Assembly: GCA_021815445.1 (NCBI GenBank)
Contig: JAKAGM010000001.1
Coordinates: 723,710-787,709 of the forward strand
Direction: 5' to 3'
Length of the DNA stretch: 64,000 nucleotides
Source of the DNA: a bacterium
GTDB taxonomy: Bacteria > Patescibacteriota > Patescibacteriia > UBA10025
In this document: piece after piece, positions 58,300-64,000 of the stretch
Numbering within the stretch: position 1 is the first letter of the stretch
Layout of the letters: each line of letters opens with the position of its first letter
The notes under the pieces: model-generated
What the model saw: the letters and a program-made list of their open reading frames with translations, nothing else
Database searches by the model: none
What the model was told of the DNA's origin: nothing
Position numbers and translations under genes: made by a program

Positions 58300-60045
58300 A
58301 TGCGCAATACGGCTCTTATTTTCGCAGCATGCTGCCTGAGTTTTGTTTTTGTGTTATTTACAACCGTCGCCTTTGTTCTGCCACTGAGAAGTACCCCGCC
58401 TCCCGTGAAAAACGTTGAGGCGCCACAAGCAAGCATACCCGCAGAATTTGAAAACTTCCGTGATGCCCGGAAGCTACTCCCCTCCTCCACAGAAGAGGTT
58501 TCATTGGTTGCCGCGGGAGACATAATGTTGTCGCGAGACGTCGCTGCTAAAATAAAAAAATATAACGACGTGAACTATCCATTCCTCAAAACGCGCGACT
58601 ACACCTCATCTGCGGATATTGCCTTTGCAAATCTTGAGACACCGATCACGCCCAGTAGGCCCATCGGGACAGGTGAACTGACATTCAGATCTGATCCGGG
58701 CGTTGAGAAGGGATTGAAAGATGCGGGGTTCTCGATTGTTTCTTTGGCAAATAACCACACGCTTAATTTCGGGACAAAGGGACTTCAGGACACTTTCTCG
58801 TATTTGGATAAAGTCGGGATAAAATACGTCGGAGCCGGGAATAATCTCGATGAAGCGCTTACGCCAAAGTATATAGAAATCAAGGGAATAACCTTCGGCT
58901 TTTTGGCGTTTAATGACACGGATACGGTACCGGATTCCTATGGAGCGATGGCGAACCGCGCAGGTACGGCGTTCATGGATATTGAGCGAATGAGAACGGC
59001 AGTGCAAAAGGCCGGTAATCAAGCCGATATTGTCATAGTTTCAATGCACGCGGGCAAGGAGTACACGGCTGTGCCAAATACCCGCCAAACTGAGTTCGCT
59101 CATGCGGCGATCGACGCCGGAGCCGACATGGTGATCGGCCACCACCCGCATGTCGTCCAGACTGTCGAAAAGTACCATGACAGGTACATTATCTACAGCC
59201 TCGGAAACTTTATCTTCGACCAGATGTGGTCCCATGAGACACGGGAAGGCATGACGCTCAAGGCGATGTTCACGAAAAATGGACTGCAGAGCATAACATT
59301 CTCACCTGTTGTGATTGACGACTATGTCCAGCCGCACACCGTCGAGGGCAGCCAAGCTGAAAGCATATTAACCAGGCTCGACATTCTCCTTACTGACTCG
59401 GCACGGGTTCAGTGGGATGCGGCTCAGCAAATATTTGTTTCGCGAAATGAACGCAACACAATTTTTGCCGAACCTGCTGTAACACTATCAAATACGACAC
59501 GGGAGATTGTTCAGGACGCGAATGGTGACGGAAAGAATGAAACTTACTCGTTGACCGACGGCAAACTCACCATAACGGAGGACGGGGCAACGCTTTGGCA
59601 ATCGGACCCCGCATGGTGGGTGGATGATTTTGCGCTTGCCGATGCGAACGGTGACGGAAAGACCGACATCACGATGTCAGTATGGAAGTCCGGCAACTTT
59701 GGCTCAGCACATCCTTTTTGGGACGCGTCAAATGACCAATCAGTAAAAAATCATTTCTTCGTATTCGGTTTCCATGGCGGCAAGGTCGTACCGATATGGC
59801 AATCATCAAACCTTGACGCGCCAAACTGCCGATATCTTTTTGGCGATGTTGACGGCGACGGGAAACAGGAGCTCGTGACAATCGAAGGCAAGTACAGTCC
59901 CGACCTGTCATGCACCGGAAAATACCTTGCGGTCTGGAAGTGGAACGACTGGGGATTCACGAACATATGGAGAAGCGGTGAAGCCGCATATCATTCTGTC
60001 GCGCTTGATACATTCTCCAACTCGGCTACAATAACCGCGCAATGA
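58300..60045 (+). CDS. CapA/PGA_cap-family metallophosphatase-like protein fused to C-terminal FG-GAP/VCBS-like repeats
   Basis: VAAGDIMLSRDV...FANLETPIT...SMHAGKEYT...GHHPHVVQ (CapA, PF09587-like) then DANGDGKNE / DANGDGKTD / DVDGDGKQE repeats. Confidence 0.7.
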   Translation: MRNTALIFAACCLSFVFVLFTTVAFVLPLRSTPPPVKNVEAPQASIPAEFENFRDARKLLPSSTEEVSLVAAGDIMLSRDVAAKIKKYNDVNYPFLKTRDYTSSADIAFANLETPITPSRPIGTGELTFRSDPGVEKGLKDAGFSIVSLANNHTLNFGTKGLQDTFSYLDKVGIKYVGAGNNLDEALTPKYIEIKGITFGFLAFNDTDTVPDSYGAMANRAGTAFMDIERMRTAVQKAGNQADIVIVSMHAGKEYTAVPNTRQTEFAHAAIDAGADMVIGHHPHVVQTVEKYHDRYIIYSLGNFIFDQMWSHETREGMTLKAMFTKNGLQSITFSPVVIDDYVQPHTVEGSQAESILTRLDILLTDSARVQWDAAQQIFVSRNERNTIFAEPAVTLSNTTREIVQDANGDGKNETYSLTDGKLTITEDGATLWQSDPAWWVDDFALADANGDGKTDITMSVWKSGNFGSAHPFWDASNDQSVKNHFFVFGFHGGKVVPIWQSSNLDAPNCRYLFGDVDGDGKQELVTIEGKYSPDLSCTGKYLAVWKWNDWGFTNIWRSGEAAYHSVALDTFSNSATITAQ

Positions 60046-60055
60046 GCATAGTCCT

Positions 60056-60574
60056 ATGACCAAGATTACCGCGGTACACGGCGATATTACAGAACAACGC
60101 GTCGATGCGATAGTCAATGCGGCAAATTCCTCGCTTCTCGGCGGAAGCGGGGTAGACGGCGCTATTCACAGAGCGGGCGGGCCCGGATTGCTGGAAGAAT
60201 GCAAAAAACTCGGAGGATGCAAGCCCGGTGATGCGAAAATAACCGCAGGATATCTTCTGCCCGCGTCGTATGTCATCCATACCGTAGGCCCTGTCTACGG
60301 CAGTGAAGGGGGGCGTGAGGCGGATGTTTTAGCCAGCTGCTACAGGCAGAGTTTGCTTGTGGGGAAAAAGTTCAGGATAAAAACAATAGCATTCCCGGCC
60401 ATCTCAACTGGTACATACGGCTATCCCATGGACGAGGCGGCGGATGTGGCCATACGGACTGTATTGAAATTTATCTCCGAGGATCCGTGGTATGCGGAAA
60501 TCAGATTCGTGCTTTTCTCAAAAAACGCGTACCAGCTCTACCTTGCACTTCTTGCATCGAAATATGCTATGTAA
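60056..60574 (+). CDS. macro-domain protein (O-acetyl-ADP-ribose deacetylase / YmdB-like)
   Basis: GDITEQRVDAIVNAANSSLLGGSGVDGAIHRAGG and FPAISTGTYGYP macro-domain motifs. Confidence 0.8.
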   Translation: MTKITAVHGDITEQRVDAIVNAANSSLLGGSGVDGAIHRAGGPGLLEECKKLGGCKPGDAKITAGYLLPASYVIHTVGPVYGSEGGREADVLASCYRQSLLVGKKFRIKTIAFPAISTGTYGYPMDEAADVAIRTVLKFISEDPWYAEIRFVLFSKNAYQLYLALLASKYAM

Positions 60575-60818
60575 AAGGAAAACGGCCTGATGGGACATTC
60601 AAGTGAATATAATCCGAACGCACTTTTGTTTCTTTGCAATATAACAGTATACTACCTTGAAACCATTTCACAGGAAAGCATAACCTTAAGTATAAGTAAA
60701 AAAAGAGGAAGCATATTCTGAAATGCTGCCTCTAATGGTTCGAGAAGGAACCAATACTCGGGGTTCAAGAGTTCTGAATACACTGCCAAAGGGTGCTCAA
60801 GTTGAAAAAGCAAAGTTC

Positions 60819-61364
60819 TTAGTGAAACTTTCCACTTTTAGCCAACACATCGGCTACAAAATCAAGGAGTTGGCCGTAATTGTCAAAAAGTCTTGCGGCC
60901 AGGGCATCCGGAGTGTCGTCTAACTTTCCGAACTCTTTCTCCAGGTAGCTCAGAATTGCAGTGAGATCATGAATACCCAGACCGAAATCACCTAGTGAGC
61001 TTGTTTCTGAGATTGTATTCTTGTCCCGGGCGGCGAGATAATTCTCAGCGCCACGCCGCAATGTCGTCCGTAACTCATCGGCCATCGGGTTGGCGCGGCA
61101 GCGTGAGCATTCGCACCAGCTCCATTGAGCGTGCCAGATGACCTCATACCCGATCTCATCATTCAGCCACAGCTGGGCCAAAGTTTTCCATAAGCTGGTG
61201 GTAATTCGCGAACCCAGGGCATCGGCTCTGGCTTGCTTCGTTTCCTTCAAACGCCGCATCAGCTGCATAAAGGCAACTTTTTCATGACGCCTGTCGATCC
61301 TTTCTTGGTGCGTCCCACGATGTTCATCTTCCCGAAGATGGTCATTATCGCCCGATCGGTGCAT
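60819..61364 (-). CDS. hypothetical protein (181 aa), His/Arg/Glu-rich N-terminus
   Basis: Long ORF in GC-rich segment; no motif; true start may be internal. Confidence 0.3.
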   Translation of the reverse strand: MHRSGDNDHLREDEHRGTHQERIDRRHEKVAFMQLMRRLKETKQARADALGSRITTSLWKTLAQLWLNDEIGYEVIWHAQWSWCECSRCRANPMADELRTTLRRGAENYLAARDKNTISETSSLGDFGLGIHDLTAILSYLEKEFGKLDDTPDALAARLFDNYGQLLDFVADVLAKSGKFH

Positions 61365-61943
61365 CGTAACCCCCTTGCACTGGCTAGTTAAAGAGCATCA
61401 GTCAAAATTAGACATTGGTATAGCTTATAAGATATGTAACTTTAATGCAAGGATAAAAATTATTGTCCCTAGAATTTCAATCAAGAAACAAAAAAGACGG
61501 CCGGGCGGGCTCATCATGACTTAACTGGAAATACACCCTGGTGATGAACCTGATAGGACATATGCAGAGCCCTCACCCCGCTGCTGTCCCGGTTTCGCTC
61601 GGCCGCGCGACATGAGTAAAAGATTACGCGTGTCCCCGCTGAAATACATCCACCCGGGGCTTGCCTCCTTTGTTGGGTTGATTATCGTCCCGGGAAGACC
61701 AAATCTTTTCTCAGCCGCAGATGTTCCTCAAACGTGCAAACCTGCGGTAAGTGTACTTCCGTAAAGTTTTCCCTGTCAATAATCGTTGACTGCCATTAAT
61801 AGTGCATGCAACATTCGTCCGACGCTGATAAATACACCCTAGAAAACTCCGTATTGACAAATTTCTGGCCTCGTATCTCTGACGGTGGTAAGCTTGGAAG
61901 TGCTGTGAAAACGTGATGTTGCGAAATAATAAGGAGGTCAATC

Positions 61944-62147
61944 GTGCTGAGTCAGGAAAGTGCAAAATCGGACATTGGGCAGGGATCACAGTCCCAAACG
62001 CCTCAGGGGGGTTCCTCGACGGAGCCAAAGTGCGACCTTTGCAGCGGCACCGGCTGCGACGCAATAACCTCACATGGCGGTTTCTGCCCGGCCTGTGGAG
62101 CGGGAAGAACTCCATTACAGCTTCCTGCTCCGATCGCGTCCCCCTAG
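61944..62147 (+). CDS. small Cys-rich zinc-ribbon-like protein (67 aa)
   Basis: CDLCSGTGC...CPACG two CxxC pairs; GTG start preceded by perfect AAGGAGG SD at 61931-61937. Confidence 0.45.
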   Translation: MLSQESAKSDIGQGSQSQTPQGGSSTEPKCDLCSGTGCDAITSHGGFCPACGAGRTPLQLPAPIASP

Positions 62148-62212
62148 TCGGCGGACGCTTTTTTCATCTTCCAGCATTGTGCTTTGCCTAGCTGGAGCGT
62201 AAAATAGTATGC

Positions 62213-62452
62213 ATGGACACGACACAACAGGCAGTCCACGAATATCTCCAAGACCGCAAACGGCGAGGCATCAGCCGACAGACAGTCATGTCGGAGCTTA
62301 TCGCGAACGGGTGGCGCCAGGAAGATGCGGAACGCGCTTTAGCCGATTTGTACGCAAAGTCTGCGTCACTCCGCACAGCGCTATTGATTGCCGGCGGCAT
62401 CGTTATACTCCTCGCCGAAGCTGCGCTCATTTGGTTTATTTTAAAAAAATAG
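62213..62452 (+). CDS. small protein with C-terminal TM anchor (79 aa), hypothetical
   Basis: Helical N-terminal domain then LLIAGGIVILLAEAALIWFIL TM. Confidence 0.4.
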   Translation: MDTTQQAVHEYLQDRKRRGISRQTVMSELIANGWRQEDAERALADLYAKSASLRTALLIAGGIVILLAEAALIWFILKK

Positions 62453-62522
62453 TTTGGGCGGAGAAAATCACCGCATGAGGAACATTCAATCCCTTTTTCA
62501 CCAGCATACGTAAACTCATACC

Positions 62523-62981
62523 ATGAGCCTCCGCCAAGCCAACATCTTTACCAAGCGGTTTGAGAAACTCCAGCGTTGGGAGCAGGGCAACTGGATGATG
62601 TTGAATTTTGTTTTTGCCCTCGTCGCGTTTTTCTCAAAAATCCAGCACCAACCGGCCATGCTTTGGCTCCTGGCAGTTTTGGTGCTTTTTCTGGGTCCGA
62701 GGATGCACAAAGAATTTCAAAAAAAACAACGGATCACGCTTGAGAGTAATATAGTGAATCTCCCCGCTGATTGGGATAAACATCTGTCCATTTTTACGCG
62801 GCTCGCGGGATGGAATTTTTTTATCGTCCTTGGCTTCGGCCTTACGTATCTCCTGCCCCAACTCTATGCGTATGTGTCCATCGGCCTCCTCTATCTCGTG
62901 TCATGGATCCTGCAATGGAAGACAATCCAAAAGCGCCGAGAGGTCAGGACCTACTTATCACAATTTAAACCGTTAACCTAA
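62523..62981 (+). CDS. hypothetical 4-TM membrane protein
   Basis: 152-aa ORF with four hydrophobic segments. Confidence 0.45.
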   Translation: MSLRQANIFTKRFEKLQRWEQGNWMMLNFVFALVAFFSKIQHQPAMLWLLAVLVLFLGPRMHKEFQKKQRITLESNIVNLPADWDKHLSIFTRLAGWNFFIVLGFGLTYLLPQLYAYVSIGLLYLVSWILQWKTIQKRREVRTYLSQFKPLT

Positions 62982-62985
62982 TACT

Positions 62986-63759
62986 ATGCCCCAAGAAGAG
63001 CAACACGAATCCCATAATCAACCTTCTAATCTTGAGATTTTACGCCCGTCACAAGCAGGGCCGGCAATCGAAAAACCCACGCGCAAACACCATGGATTCA
63101 GGAATTTCCTGATCGTCATTCTTATTATTCTTTTAGCAGTCGTTATAGGAGTCGGCACAAGCGGTCTCTATACCGTCCCTGTAGTTTCCTCGGTATTGGG
63201 CGCTGATAAGCCCAAGGACCTTGGAATCAAAGCGAGTCAGGCTGCGCTGACAAGCCTCGAGCAAAAAATACCCGTCAAAGTGCAGGGTGGCCCAAACGGC
63301 TTTTGCCTCGGGTGCAACGAAACGTACACGGGACAGATCCACGTTGATACGCAGAGAACGTCTGAGGAAATCACTTCATTCCTCCAGCTCTTCCCCAGGG
63401 GGAATAATGCGATCCTCAAGGATACGCAAGTAAGATTCATAGAAGGCGGGATGGAAATTTCCTCGAAGCTGGATAAGCCGATCCATGCGCCTGTCTACGT
63501 TAAAGTGCTCGTCGCCCGTGCGTCAAATAGGAGTGTGACATTGAGTATTGTTAACGCAAAGATCGGCTTTGTGTCAGTACCGGAAAAATACACCAAACTG
63601 GCCCAAGACGCCATCCAGAAAATTGTTAACGACCGCCTCGCCGTAATCAATGGGTATTCAATTGAGAAGCTCGAATATCATGACGGATATTCATACTTCA
63701 AGGGCACGTATCCTGCCACGGTTGCCCCGGCCCCGGGGAAATGGTTAAACGCACTCTAA
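62986..63759 (+). CDS. hypothetical membrane-anchored extracytoplasmic protein
   Basis: 257-aa ORF; N-terminal TM FLIVILIILLAVVIGVGTSGLY, Cys pair (CLGC). Confidence 0.45.
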   Translation: MPQEEQHESHNQPSNLEILRPSQAGPAIEKPTRKHHGFRNFLIVILIILLAVVIGVGTSGLYTVPVVSSVLGADKPKDLGIKASQAALTSLEQKIPVKVQGGPNGFCLGCNETYTGQIHVDTQRTSEEITSFLQLFPRGNNAILKDTQVRFIEGGMEISSKLDKPIHAPVYVKVLVARASNRSVTLSIVNAKIGFVSVPEKYTKLAQDAIQKIVNDRLAVINGYSIEKLEYHDGYSYFKGTYPATVAPAPGKWLNAL

Positions 63760-64000
63760 CCGACAAGAATCTCGTGAACAACGAGCAATTTGAACATTAT
63801 ATCTCTGAAGCAATCTTGGCGCTCCCGGAGCGCCTGCGAAAAAGAATCGAGAATGTGGCGTTTGTCGTCGAGGATGACGAGCGACCGTCGAAAAACAACG
63901 AGCGTCTGATCAAATCGCAAGGCGTCCTGCTTGGATTGTACCAGGGCGTCCCGCTCACAAGACGGAGTCAGGGATATAGTTTGGTGCTTCCTGACAAAAT
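63741..64000 (+). CDS. zincin-like metallopeptidase family protein (DUF1025-like), 3' end beyond window
   Basis: MVKRTLTDKNLVNNEQFEHYISEAILALPERLRKRIENVAFVVEDDERPS...LLGLYQGVPLTRRSQGY matches characteristic VVVED...LLGLYxGxPLT pattern; starts 19 nt before upstream stop. Confidence 0.5.
   Translation, partial: MVKRTLTDKNLVNNEQFEHYISEAILALPERLRKRIENVAFVVEDDERPSKNNERLIKSQGVLLGLYQGVPLTRRSQGYSLVLPDK

Noticed and set aside
60056-61364. Macro domain plus convergent hypothetical gene as a DarT/DarG-like toxin-antitoxin pair
   Set aside because: DarG has a macro domain fused to a C-terminal DarT-binding domain and lies downstream of darT in the same orientation. Here the macro protein is stand-alone and the neighbour is convergent, with no ART-like motifs.

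Overview
This 64-kb window reads as a chromosomal segment (about 50% GC) from a small-genome bacterium. Short genes are packed on both strands, Shine-Dalgarno motifs are mostly weak or absent, and several starts look leaderless. The gene content is consistent with a Candidate Phyla Radiation / Patescibacteria-like lineage. That placement is inference only. The content behind it is a competence-type type IV pilus cluster with many pseudopilins, a membrane H+/Na+-pyrophosphatase, a split cobalamin-independent methionine synthase, few biosynthetic genes, and many small membrane proteins of unknown function.

Called features:
- A pilB'-pilC-pseudopilins-pilM-pilin cluster at 1-6.3 kb.
- A metF-like / split-metE operon on the minus strand, preceded by a SAM-I (S-box) riboswitch candidate.
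- A two-component system placed divergently from a flavin-reductase-like / ApbE / ferric-reductase-like heme-b membrane module.
- uppP, a MacB-type ABC pair, and four tRNAs (His, Arg, Cys, Pro). The His and Pro genes sit in unusual extended helices with adjacent partial tRNA-like copies.
- A Xer-like tyrosine recombinase.
- rpsO-NYN-pnp, cmk, rnhB-YraN, nusA, hppA, three tandem PlsC-family acyltransferases plus a PaaK-like ligase, tig, nfo, a patatin-like gene, a 2H phosphoesterase, IMPase, riboflavin kinase, a family-4 UDG, CapA fused to FG-GAP repeats, and a macro-domain protein.

The main unexplained signal is non-coding. A structured element of about 180 nt occurs twice, at 14.66 kb and 22.49 kb. 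Its two ends are conserved, and its internal hairpins differ in sequence but compensate structurally. At least two further families of GC-rich palindromic intergenic hairpins are repeated across the window. Several ORF-free regions are bounded by near-consensus promoters or intrinsic terminators. I could not match tmRNA, RNase P RNA, SRP RNA, rRNA or a CRISPR array to any of this sequence by eye.
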